Source of the DNA: Thermoplasmata archaeon
GTDB lineage: Archaea > Thermoplasmatota > Thermoplasmata > Lutacidiplasmatales > UBA184
Length of the DNA stretch: 64,000 nt
Assembly (NCBI GenBank): GCA_021802125.1
Contig: JAKAAX010000004.1
Coordinates: forward strand, 4,560-68,559
Direction: 5' to 3'
This document shows positions 46,476 through 55,481 of this stretch, in pieces (the first letter of the stretch is position 1; the number at the start of each line of letters is the position of its first letter). The notes below the pieces were generated by a model. The model worked only from the letters and a program-made list of their open reading frames with translations, made no database searches and was not told the DNA's origin. The position numbers and the translations under genes were made by a program.

Positions 46476-46772
46476 CGTTCTTCAGTGAGGCCGTGGGTCC
46501 GCCGGAGCCTCAGCGGCTTCCGTTCGTACGCCAAGCCAACGCACCCACAGCGGGGGTATTCAAGGCCTTTGCTCGCCGACCCCGAACCGGGCGTCCACGC
46601 TTTTTCCCGCTCCTCGCGCGCGGTAACCCTTCCGCGGGCGACGCGGACCGAGAAGGTGAGCCCCCACCCTCCTCGCCCCGGTTCCCCTGCCCCCGCGGTT
46701 CCCGGTATCCGGGGGGAGACTCGGAAGGGCTTGGGCAAGAACCCATAACCTACCTGCGATATCCCCGGGCGC

Positions 46773-47987
46773 ATGTCCCGGGACCTTCTCAGCGGGACCA
46801 TCGACGCCGTCGGAGTGCCCGACGAGGCGGCCCGGCAGGCCGCCCATGCCCGGTGGGCCATCCTTGCCACGGCGGAGGGCAGCCTCGGGCGCTTGCAGAC
46901 CCTGGGGGAGCAGCTCGCGGCGATCCGAGGGAACGAGCAGCCCACCTTTCATCACAAGTCGATCGTGGTCTTCGTCGCGGACCACGGGGTGACCGAGGAG
47001 GGCGTCTCCTCTCACCCGAAGGAGCTCACCGCAGCGATGCTCCAGAACCTCTTGGAGGGCGGTGCCGCCATCACCATCTTCGCACGCTTCCTGCGTGGGG
47101 ACCTGAACGTCGTCGACGTGGGCGTGGATGCCCCGTCCTTGCCCCCCCGCCACGGATTCTTCCCCCGAAAGGTGGCCCGCGGCACCCGGAACTTCGCCCG
47201 CGAGCCGGCCATGACCGCCTCGCAGGCCAGGGAGTCGGTGCGCGTCGGCATCGAGGTCGCGCTGAACCTGATCACCGCGGGCGCGGACCTCCTCGCCGTG
47301 GGGGACCTGGGGATCGGGAACACCACGTCGGCCTCCGCCGTCCTGGCGGCCCTCACCGGGCTACCGGTGGAGAAGCTCGTGGGGCAGGGGTCCGGCTCCA
47401 ACGACGACCTCGTGAAGCGCAAGGTGATGGTGATCTCGAGCGCCTTGGAACGTCACTCTCCTCGCCGAGAGGACCCCTGGGAGGTCCTGGAGTCCGTCGG
47501 CGGCTTCGAGATCGGAGCCATGGCCGGGGCCTACATCGCGGGCGCCTCGCGTCGCGTCCCGGTGATCGTCGATGGGCTCACCGCTTCCGCCGCCGCCCTC
47601 TTCGCGACCGCCATCTGCCCCCGGGTCCGTCCGTTCCTCGTGCCCTCGCACTCCTCGGAGGAGCCCGGGCACCTGATCGCCCTCGAGGCGTTGGGGCTCC
47701 AGCCCTACTTCGACTTCTCGACCCGGATGGGGGAAGGGACGAGCGCCGCCCTCCAGATGGGCCTCTGCGAGCTGGCGAGCCGCCTCTTGAGGGAGATGGC
47801 CACCGTCGAGGAGGTTGCGGCCGCCCGGCGCGACGCCATCGCCGCCGCCGCAGCCTCGCCCCCGCCGGGGGCGGGCCCGACCGACCCCTCCACCCCCTTC
47901 TCTGCCCCGCTGTCCTCCGATATCCCCCCGCCAGGTCCTGGCGCGCCAAGGACCCGCTCCTCTCCTCCTCCCGCTCTGGCCCGCTGA
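46773..47987 (+). CDS. cobT: Nicotinate-nucleotide--dimethylbenzimidazole phosphoribosyltransferase (CobT)
   Basis: 404 aa. The family match covers most of the length (HGV..EGVS, GDLGIGNTT, EGTSAAL). The last 55 aa or so are a low-complexity Ala/Pro tail. Confidence 0.85.
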   Translation: MSRDLLSGTIDAVGVPDEAARQAAHARWAILATAEGSLGRLQTLGEQLAAIRGNEQPTFHHKSIVVFVADHGVTEEGVSSHPKELTAAMLQNLLEGGAAITIFARFLRGDLNVVDVGVDAPSLPPRHGFFPRKVARGTRNFAREPAMTASQARESVRVGIEVALNLITAGADLLAVGDLGIGNTTSASAVLAALTGLPVEKLVGQGSGSNDDLVKRKVMVISSALERHSPRREDPWEVLESVGGFEIGAMAGAYIAGASRRVPVIVDGLTASAAALFATAICPRVRPFLVPSHSSEEPGHLIALEALGLQPYFDFSTRMGEGTSAALQMGLCELASRLLREMATVEEVAAARRDAIAAAAASPPPGAGPTDPSTPFSAPLSSDIPPPGPGAPRTRSSPPPALAR

Positions 47988-47995
47988 ACGGCTTG

Positions 47996-48637
47996 GTGTC
48001 GGCCGTGGCCGGGGTCCCTGGAGCCGTCTCCTGCCAGACGCTCTACGCGCGGCTGAAGGCCGCGCCGCCCTGGGACGACCGGCCCGGGGGTTCCCATCGC
48101 GCCGTCGCGCCCATGACCGGGGAGGCCGCGGTACTTTCGCTCTTCCGTCGGAACCGGGGGCGGACCGAGGTCTTCCTCATCCGACGTGCCGAGCGGACGG
48201 GCGACCCGTGGTCGGGCAACATCGCATTCCCGGGGGGACGTCGTGACGCCGGTGATCCCGACATCCGCGCCACGGTCCTTCGAGAGGCCGAGGAGGAGGT
48301 GGGGCTCTCTCCCGGCGACCTGGTCGGGCCCCCGCTCCTGATCGGGACCCGCGCTCCGGCCAACCGCCCCTGGTTGCACGTGTCCGTCTTCGTGGACGTC
48401 CTTGCCGAGGAGGGAGGAGTTGGACCCACGGGCCGGAACGAGGAGGTGGCGGAGAGCTTCTGGGCGCCCATGGGGGAGCTCCACGAGTCGGACGCCCCCG
48501 TCGACGTCAACTCCTCGATCGGCCCGCTGAAGGTGGAGGCCCTCACGTTCCAGGGACGGATCGTGTGGGGGTTCACCCGAAGGGTCCTTCTGGACCTCAT
48601 CGAGACCTACGGGACGATCCTCTCGCTGCAGGGTTGA
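47996..48637 (+). CDS. NUDIX hydrolase (CoA pyrophosphatase-like)
   Basis: About 213 aa from the GTG at 47996 (alternative ATG at 48113). Nudix box GNIAFPGGRRDAGDPDIRATVLREAEEEVGL. The track ORF 46493..48637 is otherwise a shadow across cobT. Confidence 0.75.
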   Translation: MSAVAGVPGAVSCQTLYARLKAAPPWDDRPGGSHRAVAPMTGEAAVLSLFRRNRGRTEVFLIRRAERTGDPWSGNIAFPGGRRDAGDPDIRATVLREAEEEVGLSPGDLVGPPLLIGTRAPANRPWLHVSVFVDVLAEEGGVGPTGRNEEVAESFWAPMGELHESDAPVDVNSSIGPLKVEALTFQGRIVWGFTRRVLLDLIETYGTILSLQG

Positions 48638-48656
48638 AGCGCGGTCCGTCCGCGGC

Positions 48657-49280
48657 TCAGCTGGGGAGCGGCCGGCCGAGGGGGCTCGTGGACCGGTAGG
48701 TGGAGGTCACCTGGTTCGCCCGCCTCACCCCGTGGCGGAACGCGGCGTAGGTGATGAAAAAGGCCACAAGGACCGAGATGAGGAGGATGGCGACCAGGTT
48801 CACGTCGTCCTTGCGGCTTCCGCCGCGCAGGGTGGAGTAGGCGCTCCGGAAGCCTTCCGCGTAGATCGCGATGTCGAGGACCTCGGCGAAGACGTTCCAG
48901 GCGGAGATCGCGATCGTCCCGAAGGAGCGCTGGCGGTAGGCGACGGCGAGGGACTGGGCGGTGACCACCAGACCGAACCCGATGATCATCGCGCCGAAGA
49001 CGAGGAAGTCGAAGGCGAGGATGACGTTCAGCGAACCCGCCGTCAGGTAGCCCAGGTAGAACGAGAGGTAGCCCAGGACCACCATCATCACGTAGGACAT
49101 CCCGGCGAAGGCCAGGCCGAGGGCGGCGTAGGAGGCGTATCTGGGCAGCTTCGGCGCCGCCTGTCCTGGAGAGTTCTTCATCAGGGTCAGGGAGAAGCCC
49201 GACATGTAGGCGTTCCAGATCGAGATCGCGAAGTCCGCGATGAGGAAGATGACCAGGAGGAGGAGCCCGAGATCGACCAC
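48657..49280 (-). CDS. Integral membrane protein, hypothetical (5-6 TM)
   Basis: About 207 aa from the GTG at 49280. TATA-like GCTTCAAAAC about 22-30 nt upstream. The track ORF extends to 49349. Confidence 0.5.
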   Translation of the reverse strand: MVDLGLLLLVIFLIADFAISIWNAYMSGFSLTLMKNSPGQAAPKLPRYASYAALGLAFAGMSYVMMVVLGYLSFYLGYLTAGSLNVILAFDFLVFGAMIIGFGLVVTAQSLAVAYRQRSFGTIAISAWNVFAEVLDIAIYAEGFRSAYSTLRGGSRKDDVNLVAILLISVLVAFFITYAAFRHGVRRANQVTSTYRSTSPLGRPLPS

Positions 49281-49396
49281 GGGCCTTCCAGCGGTGCAGG
49301 GTTTTGAAGCCTGGCCCCGGGGTGGCAGGGGCGCGCTTCGGTGGCGCACGACCCCCCTTCCGGGGTCCGGGGGGGTCCGGTCCGCGTCGCCACAAC

Positions 49397-49420
49397 ATTT
49401 AAAAACCCACCCTTAAATAC
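49397..49420 (+). promoter_or_regulatory. tbp promoter with two tandem TATA-like elements (ATTTAAAAA and CTTAAATAC)
   Basis: The only strongly AT-rich patch in the divergent intergenic region. The proximal element is centred about 24 nt upstream of the tbp ATG, implying a leaderless mRNA. Confidence 0.5.
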
Positions 49421-49439
49421 TCACGCGGGGCCGTTCGAG

Positions 49440-49988
49440 ATGGCAAAGATCCGTATCGAGAACGTCGTCGCGTCAACATCGCTCGGGGACGAACTTGACC
49501 TGCAGGCCATCGCCCTCGCGCTCGACGGCGCCGAGTACGAACCGGAGCAGTTCCCTGGGCTCATTTATCGTCTGAAGGAGCCCAAGACGGCGATCCTGCT
49601 CTTCCGCAGCGGGAAGGTCGTGTGCACCGGCGCGAAGAGCATGGCCGAGGTGGAGGAATCCATCCACAAGGTCGCCCAGCAGATCCGCAAGGCGGGCCAG
49701 AAGGTCAACACCCGTCCGAAGATCGAGGTCCAGAACATCGTCGCGTCCTCCGACCTGGAGTCGGAGATCAACCTCAACGCCATCGCCGTGACCCTCGGGC
49801 TCGAGCGCGTCGAGTACGAGCCGGAACAGTTCCCGGGTCTCGTCTGCCGGATCGACGAGCCTCGCGTCGTCGTGCTGCTCTTCGGGAGCGGCAAGCTGGT
49901 CTGCACGGGAGCGCGCAAGCCCTCGGACGTCGAGGTCGCGGTCCAGAAGATCACGAAGGAGCTGCAGGGCGCGGGACTGCTCCGCTGA
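49440..49988 (+). CDS. tbp: TATA-box binding protein
   Basis: 182 aa. Two direct repeats (ENVVASTSLGDELDLQAIA..EYEPEQFPGLIYRL and QNIVASSDLESEINLNAIA..EYEPEQFPGLVCRI) are diagnostic of TBP. Confidence 0.95.
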   Translation: MAKIRIENVVASTSLGDELDLQAIALALDGAEYEPEQFPGLIYRLKEPKTAILLFRSGKVVCTGAKSMAEVEESIHKVAQQIRKAGQKVNTRPKIEVQNIVASSDLESEINLNAIAVTLGLERVEYEPEQFPGLVCRIDEPRVVVLLFGSGKLVCTGARKPSDVEVAVQKITKELQGAGLLR

Positions 49989-50048
49989 GAGGACCGCCCC
50001 CCTCCCGACGGTCCGTCGTGGGCGAGGTCGCAGGGGTCGGCCCACCCT

Positions 50049-50957
50049 ATGGCCCCTGACGCGCGCCCCTTCCCGCTGCCCATCGTGGACCACCACGCGC
50101 ACCTTCGCCCCGGTCCGAGCGGGATAGCCGCCGCGCGAGCGTTCGCCGCCCACGGCGGGACCGACCTCTTCCTCGCGACCCAGAACTACCTCCCCCGACC
50201 TCCGAGGTCGCTCGAGGAGTACCGGGAGCAGTTCTCGACGACCGAGGCCCTCGCGAAGACGGTACGAGAGGAGACCGGCCTCCGCGTCTACGTGGTCCTG
50301 GCCCCCTACCCGATCGATCTGGTCCACGCGGTGCCCGACCTTCCGCTCGAGGAAGCTGAGGCACTGCAGACGCGCGCGCTCGAGCTCGCCTCCCACGAGG
50401 TCGTGGAGCACCGCGCCGTCGCCCTCGGGGAGGTCGGGCTCCCCCACTTCCCGACCGAACCGCCGGTGCTTGAAGCCCTGGAGCGCGTGCTCGAAGTGGC
50501 GCTGCGACTGGCCAAGGAGGTGGGGTGTCCGGCGGTGCTGCACACCGACGACCTCGACGCGGCCGGGTATCGTCGGCTCGCCGAGAGGGGAGCTCATTGC
50601 GGTCTCGCCCCGCAACGCATGGTCAAGCACTACGCCCGTACCTACCTTCCCCCGGAAGAACGATCGGGGTTGACCGCTTCCTTCCTGGCCAAACGCGACC
50701 TGGTCCGACAGGCCCTTCGCGATCCCGGTCCGTGGTTCCTCGAGACGGATTTCCTGGACGACCCGACGAGACCCGGGGTGGCGTTGCCGCTGGATACCGT
50801 CCCGCGACGTGCACGGGCGCTCTGGACCAACCCCGCCCTACCCGGTGTGGACACCGAGGCCGCGCTCCGGGTACCCTTCGTTGAAGCGCCCCAGCAGATC
50901 TACGGTCTCGACCTCGCCCGCGAGACACCCTTCGTCTTCCGGGAGGGAGGGGCATGA
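50049..50957 (+). CDS. TatD-family metal-dependent hydrolase (archaeal TatD-related DNase)
   Basis: 302 aa. VDHHAHL metal site and amidohydrolase TIM-barrel pattern (GEVGL, HTDD). Confidence 0.75.
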   Translation: MAPDARPFPLPIVDHHAHLRPGPSGIAAARAFAAHGGTDLFLATQNYLPRPPRSLEEYREQFSTTEALAKTVREETGLRVYVVLAPYPIDLVHAVPDLPLEEAEALQTRALELASHEVVEHRAVALGEVGLPHFPTEPPVLEALERVLEVALRLAKEVGCPAVLHTDDLDAAGYRRLAERGAHCGLAPQRMVKHYARTYLPPEERSGLTASFLAKRDLVRQALRDPGPWFLETDFLDDPTRPGVALPLDTVPRRARALWTNPALPGVDTEAALRVPFVEAPQQIYGLDLARETPFVFREGGA

Positions 50958-51634
50958 GCCCAAGCCCGCGGAGCCCAGGCAGGACAGCCCGCCCTCGTCC
51001 CTCGGGGAGGCTCGTGGCCGTCGAGGGCATCGATGGGACGGGAAAGACCACCTTGATGTCGCAACTCCTCCGGGCCCTTCGCTCTCGTGGGTGGAAGGTG
51101 GCGCGGTGGCAGGAGCCTTCGGACGGTCCCCTGGGCCGCGCGGCGCGCGAGGCCTCCGGGAGCGATCCGGCCCAGGCCGCGCTGCTCTTCACGCTCGATC
51201 GAGGCTCCGAGCGGGCCCGGCTCGAGAAGATCCTCCAGAAGAGCGACCTGGTCCTCTCGGATCGATCTTTCTACTCGACGCTCGCCTACCAGGGGAGCGT
51301 GCTCTCCCCTCGCGAGCGAAGGGGTCTGGAGACGTTGCAGCGCGTGGTCGCACGGCGCCCCGACCTGGTCCTGTGGTTGGACCTCACTCCGGCGCGGGCG
51401 ATGGAGAGGATCTCCTCACGCGGCGCGGTCCGCTCACCGCTGGAGCGGTTGGGGACCCTGCGAAGGGTCTCGGGAGCCTACCGGTGGTACGCACGTTCGG
51501 AGAGGCGGCGGTTCGTCCGCCTGGACGCCTCGCGACCCCCCGAAGAGGTGTGCGCGGCGGCCCAGAAGGCCATCCTCGCGCGCTGGAAGGCCCCGAGAAG
51601 GGGGAAGGCGGGACCCCGAGGCGCGAGGCTTTAG
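50954..51634 (+). CDS. tmk: Thymidylate kinase
   Basis: 226 aa. Start overlaps the TatD stop (ATGA). P-loop VAVEGIDGTGKTT, DRSFYSTLAYQG and LDLTPARAMERI motifs. Confidence 0.85.
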   Translation: MSPSPRSPGRTARPRPSGRLVAVEGIDGTGKTTLMSQLLRALRSRGWKVARWQEPSDGPLGRAAREASGSDPAQAALLFTLDRGSERARLEKILQKSDLVLSDRSFYSTLAYQGSVLSPRERRGLETLQRVVARRPDLVLWLDLTPARAMERISSRGAVRSPLERLGTLRRVSGAYRWYARSERRRFVRLDASRPPEEVCAAAQKAILARWKAPRRGKAGPRGARL

Positions 51635-51676
51635 ACCCAGGCGGTCCTGTCGACCTTCGCACACGAGCCAAGAACC

Positions 51677-52834
51677 ATGCCGGAAGGGATCATCCTCCGA
51701 GAGGAGACGCTCGACGCCTCCTACCTTCCCCCCTCGCTCCCTCACCGCGAGAAGGAGCTCGCGCTGCTCCGGGAGCGCTTCGCCCGCTCGATGGACGCCG
51801 GCCAGGGGTGGAGCCAGCTCCTGACCGGAGGGATCGGGAGCGGGAAGACCGCGCTCGCCCGGGCCCTGGGTCGGGAGCTCGCCAACCGACGGCAGCGCAA
51901 GGACAGCGCCGCGGGCGTGAAGGAGATCTACGTGAACTGCTGGCGGCGGAACACCGACCGCGCCGTCGTCCTCGAGATGCTGAACGCGGTGGACCGTCCG
52001 GTGCCGGACCGGGGGTTCTCTGTGTCCGAGATGCTCGACACGTTCGAGAAGGGGCTGCGGGAGGTCCCCTCCCCCACCCTGGTGATCCTGGACGAGGTCA
52101 GCGTCCTGCTGAAGGGCGGAAGCAAGCTCGTCTACATGCTGACCCGGGGCCGCGAGGTCGGGCTCGGGCCGCTCTCGCTCCTGCTCATCGCCCCGCGCGA
52201 CGTCCTTCCCTACCTGGACGCGGCCAGCCGGAGCGGCTTCGGGGTGACCCACCGACTCCAGCTGCCGAAGTACCTCCGAGAGCCGCTGACGGACATCGTG
52301 CTGGCCCGCGGCGCGCTCGCCCTCCGACCCGGTTCCCTCTCTCGCGAGGTGGCCGAGCAGATCGCGCGCGTGGCGGAGCCGCAGGGGGACGCCCGTCTGG
52401 CCCTCGAGCTCCTCTCCGGCTCCGCGCACCGCGCCGAGGAGCGGGGGGCCCGCGAGCTCACCCCCGAGGACGTTCGCTGGGCGAAGGCCTCGACCTACCC
52501 CACGATGACGGAGGAGAAACTGGACGGGCTCTCCCCCCCCTCCCTCCTGGTCCTGCTGGCCCTCGCGCGGACGCTTCGTGCGCCAGGAACCTGGGTGCGG
52601 ATGGAGAAGGTCCGGAAGGCCTACGGTTCGGCCTCCGAGGAGTACGGGCTCCCGGCCGGGAGCAGGGTCACTTTCTGGAGGATGGTCAAGGCGCTGGAGC
52701 AGGAGGGTCTGCTCGAGATGGAGTACACGCGACCCGGCGCGCCTGCCAAACTGACCCAGGACGAGATCCCCGCAAGCCTCCTCGAACTCGTCCTCCAGGA
52801 ACGCCTGGCGCGTCCGTCCTCGGCCCAAAGTTAA
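51677..52834 (+). CDS. cdc6: Orc1/Cdc6 replication initiator (AAA+ ATPase with C-terminal winged helix)
   Basis: 385 aa. Walker A GGIGSGKTA, Walker B LVILDEV, sensor motifs, C-terminal wH. Confidence 0.9.
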   Translation: MPEGIILREETLDASYLPPSLPHREKELALLRERFARSMDAGQGWSQLLTGGIGSGKTALARALGRELANRRQRKDSAAGVKEIYVNCWRRNTDRAVVLEMLNAVDRPVPDRGFSVSEMLDTFEKGLREVPSPTLVILDEVSVLLKGGSKLVYMLTRGREVGLGPLSLLLIAPRDVLPYLDAASRSGFGVTHRLQLPKYLREPLTDIVLARGALALRPGSLSREVAEQIARVAEPQGDARLALELLSGSAHRAEERGARELTPEDVRWAKASTYPTMTEEKLDGLSPPSLLVLLALARTLRAPGTWVRMEKVRKAYGSASEEYGLPAGSRVTFWRMVKALEQEGLLEMEYTRPGAPAKLTQDEIPASLLELVLQERLARPSSAQS

Positions 52835-55333
52835 ATGGCCAAGGCCCTGTGGCCAACGCCGATGACCAGCAGCCGCCGGGGATTTGCCACGCACTCGGGG
52901 TCGCACGGTAGCCCGGGGGGCCGGCCCAGGAAGACGGAGCCAGCCTCTCAGAGCGCTCCCGGGCAGGCACCACCATCCGAGGGGGCGCCTGCGGCCACGT
53001 CCTCGACCCCGGCGTCCGGCGCCCCGGACCCCCTCGCACCCATCCGGGAGCTGAGGGCGGAGGGGCAGTTCGAGCAGGCCCTGAGCCAGGTCGACCTCAT
53101 GGTCCGCGCCTCTCCTCACGACGCCCTGGCCCGCGAGCAGCGCGGTCTCGTTCTCCTCGAACTCCGACGGGCCAGCGAGGCTCTGAGCGAGCTCGACCAG
53201 GCCCTGTCGCTGCGGTCCGACCTCGCGGCGGCGCACGCCGCGCGGGGGGATGCCCTCCGCGTGCTGGGCGACAAGGAACGGGCGCTGTGGGCCTACGCGA
53301 AGGCGCTCCAGCTCGTTCCCGGCTCGGAGGCCTGGCGCAAGGCCCGGCGCGAGACCGCGGCGGAGTTCATGGGGATGGACCCCAACCTCGACTCCCACAC
53401 CCTCGCCATGGAGGCCATGCGCAGGGGACAACGGGGGCTCGCGGTCGAGCTCTCGGAGGAGGCTCTCTCGAACGGGGAGACCGACCCGGAGGCGTGGAGG
53501 GAGGATGCGCGGCAGCTCAAGCAGGAGAAGCTCTACGACGACCTGCTCACCCGGGCCAGGGCGAGGCTGGCCCGCTTCTCCGGAGACCCCGTTGCCCAGG
53601 CCTACCTGGGCTACGCCCTCTTCGGCAAGGAGGATTGGAAGGGCTGCCTCGAGCCTCTGACCGCCGCGGCGCGCGACCCGAAGGAGCGACGCGAGGTCAC
53701 GCTCTGCCGCGCCCGTGCCCTCTACCGGCTCAAGCGCGAGGAAGAGGCCACGCCCCTCGTCGACGGGCTCCTGGCGGAGGACGTTGACGACATGGATCTC
53801 CTCCGGATGGCCCTCTCCTCCCCCTGGGCGAGGCAGAGGCCCTTCCCGGCGCTCAAGGGAGCCCACCGCCTGGTCCTGAAGTTCCCCAAGGACCCGGAGA
53901 CCTGGCGGGCGCTCGTCGTCGCCTCCTTCCGCGTGGGCCACTACGCGGAGACCGCCGAAGCGGCCGGCAAGGTCCGCGCCCTCGACCCCAAGCAGGTGGG
54001 GGTGGCGCTCCCGCAGGCGATCGCGCTCGCACGGCTGGGACACCTCGACCAAGCGGCCCAGCTCCTCGAGGATTACCTGAAAGAGGACGCGGAGCACCCG
54101 GAGGCCTGGAGAGAGCTCGGGCTCATCCTCCACCGTCAAAAGAAGCTCCCCGAGGCCGAGGCCGCGCTGAAGAAGGCGGTCGAGCTGGACCCCGACCACG
54201 TCGGAGCCCGGATGGCCCTCGCGACGTTGCTCTCCAAGCTCTCGAAGGACGAGCAGGCCGAGGCGGAGTTCCTGGAGGTCACCCGCCGCGATCCCAAGAA
54301 CGTCGAGGCCTTCTACGACCTCGGGGTCGTACGCCAGAAGCTCGAGAAGGACGCGCTCGCGGTGGAAGCGTTCCAGGCCGCGCTGGCGCGCGACCGGTCC
54401 CACGTGAACGCCGCTTCGAACCTCGCTGTCGTCCTGGCGAAGGGGAAGCGGTACGACGAGGCGGCCAAGGAACTGGAGGCCACGCTTGCCTTCCGTCCCG
54501 ACGCCAAGGACCTCAACTTCAACCTGGGCCAGGTCTACCTGCTCCAGGGCCGGTCGGACGAGGCCTATCTCCAGTTCAAGCGGGCCCACCGGCTCGATCC
54601 CTTCGACTACGAGAGCTGGAACCACCGGGGCGCGGCGCTCTCGAAGATGCACCGCATCGACGAGCGGAGCGCGGAGGGGTGGATGGCCCTGGGCCGGGGG
54701 TTCCTCCGGCGTCAGGGGTTCTCGGAGGCGCACGAGTGCTTCCGCCGCGCGCTCGAGCTCGACCCGCAGAACGAGGAGGCGAAGCGCCTGCGTGCGGAGA
54801 GCCTGTCCTCCGTCTACGGGGTCGCTCCGACCGCGACGGAGGAGTGGCTGCAGACCTCTCGCATGCTGGTGGAGATGCACCAGTTCGCAGATGCGCTGGA
54901 CGCGCTCTCGGTGGTCCTGATGCTCGAACCGGAACAGCCGCAGGCCCGTGTGCTCACCGGCCGTGCCCTCCTCTCCCTGGGGAAGGCGCAGGTCGCGGTC
55001 CACCAGGCCGACCTGGCCCTCCGCTCGGAGAAGGACAACGCGGGGGCCTGGGCGCTCAAGGGGGAGGCGCTGCTGGAGCTCCAGAAGCCCGCGGAAGCCT
55101 TGACCTGCTTCGACTGGCTCTTGGAGCACGGATCGAAGGACCCCGCCGTCCACACGTTCCGAGGTGTCGCGCTGGCGGCCCTGGGGCGCGGGGAAGACGC
55201 GGTGAAGGCGTTCGACGACGCGCTCAAGCGCGACCCTCACTTCCGTGAGGCGTGGCACCACAAGGGTGTCGAGCTCGAGAAGGAAGGCCACTACGAGCGG
55301 GCGGCCGAGGCCTTCACCAAGGGCTTCAGCTGA
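52835..55333 (+). CDS. TPR-repeat protein (more than 15 TPR units)
   Basis: 832 aa. Start codon directly follows the cdc6 stop (TAAATG). Repeated W-LG-Y..A...AL-P motif throughout. Confidence 0.7.
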   Translation: MAKALWPTPMTSSRRGFATHSGSHGSPGGRPRKTEPASQSAPGQAPPSEGAPAATSSTPASGAPDPLAPIRELRAEGQFEQALSQVDLMVRASPHDALAREQRGLVLLELRRASEALSELDQALSLRSDLAAAHAARGDALRVLGDKERALWAYAKALQLVPGSEAWRKARRETAAEFMGMDPNLDSHTLAMEAMRRGQRGLAVELSEEALSNGETDPEAWREDARQLKQEKLYDDLLTRARARLARFSGDPVAQAYLGYALFGKEDWKGCLEPLTAAARDPKERREVTLCRARALYRLKREEEATPLVDGLLAEDVDDMDLLRMALSSPWARQRPFPALKGAHRLVLKFPKDPETWRALVVASFRVGHYAETAEAAGKVRALDPKQVGVALPQAIALARLGHLDQAAQLLEDYLKEDAEHPEAWRELGLILHRQKKLPEAEAALKKAVELDPDHVGARMALATLLSKLSKDEQAEAEFLEVTRRDPKNVEAFYDLGVVRQKLEKDALAVEAFQAALARDRSHVNAASNLAVVLAKGKRYDEAAKELEATLAFRPDAKDLNFNLGQVYLLQGRSDEAYLQFKRAHRLDPFDYESWNHRGAALSKMHRIDERSAEGWMALGRGFLRRQGFSEAHECFRRALELDPQNEEAKRLRAESLSSVYGVAPTATEEWLQTSRMLVEMHQFADALDALSVVLMLEPEQPQARVLTGRALLSLGKAQVAVHQADLALRSEKDNAGAWALKGEALLELQKPAEALTCFDWLLEHGSKDPAVHTFRGVALAALGRGEDAVKAFDDALKRDPHFREAWHHKGVELEKEGHYERAAEAFTKGFS

Positions 55334-55481
55334 GGAGAACGCGGCGGGGGGGGACCCCCTGTGCCACCTCCCAGTCCACCTCCAGGTCCACTCCCAGCCC
55401 AGTTCCTGAGGTCGGGCGACGACCCTCCCTGCGGCCGTCGGCCCCGGGCCCTGGTCTGAAGGGGGGTGAGAGGGAGGCTTG

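Noticed and set aside
46540-46640. Cobalamin riboswitch upstream of cobT
   Set aside because: No recognisable B12 box (GCCACUG-type core) or conserved P-stem pattern was found. Cobalamin riboswitches are also rare in archaea.
46493-46772. Long plus-strand ORF start (714 aa) spanning the cobT upstream region and cobT in another frame
   Set aside because: Only its last about 200 aa (NUDIX) carry homology. The rest overlaps cobT out of frame.
51434-55291. 1285-aa ORF on the minus strand
   Set aside because: It is antisense to clearly real cdc6 (Walker A/B) and the TPR gene. Its composition is Arg/Gly/Leu/Glu-rich with no motifs, typical of shadow ORFs in high-GC DNA.
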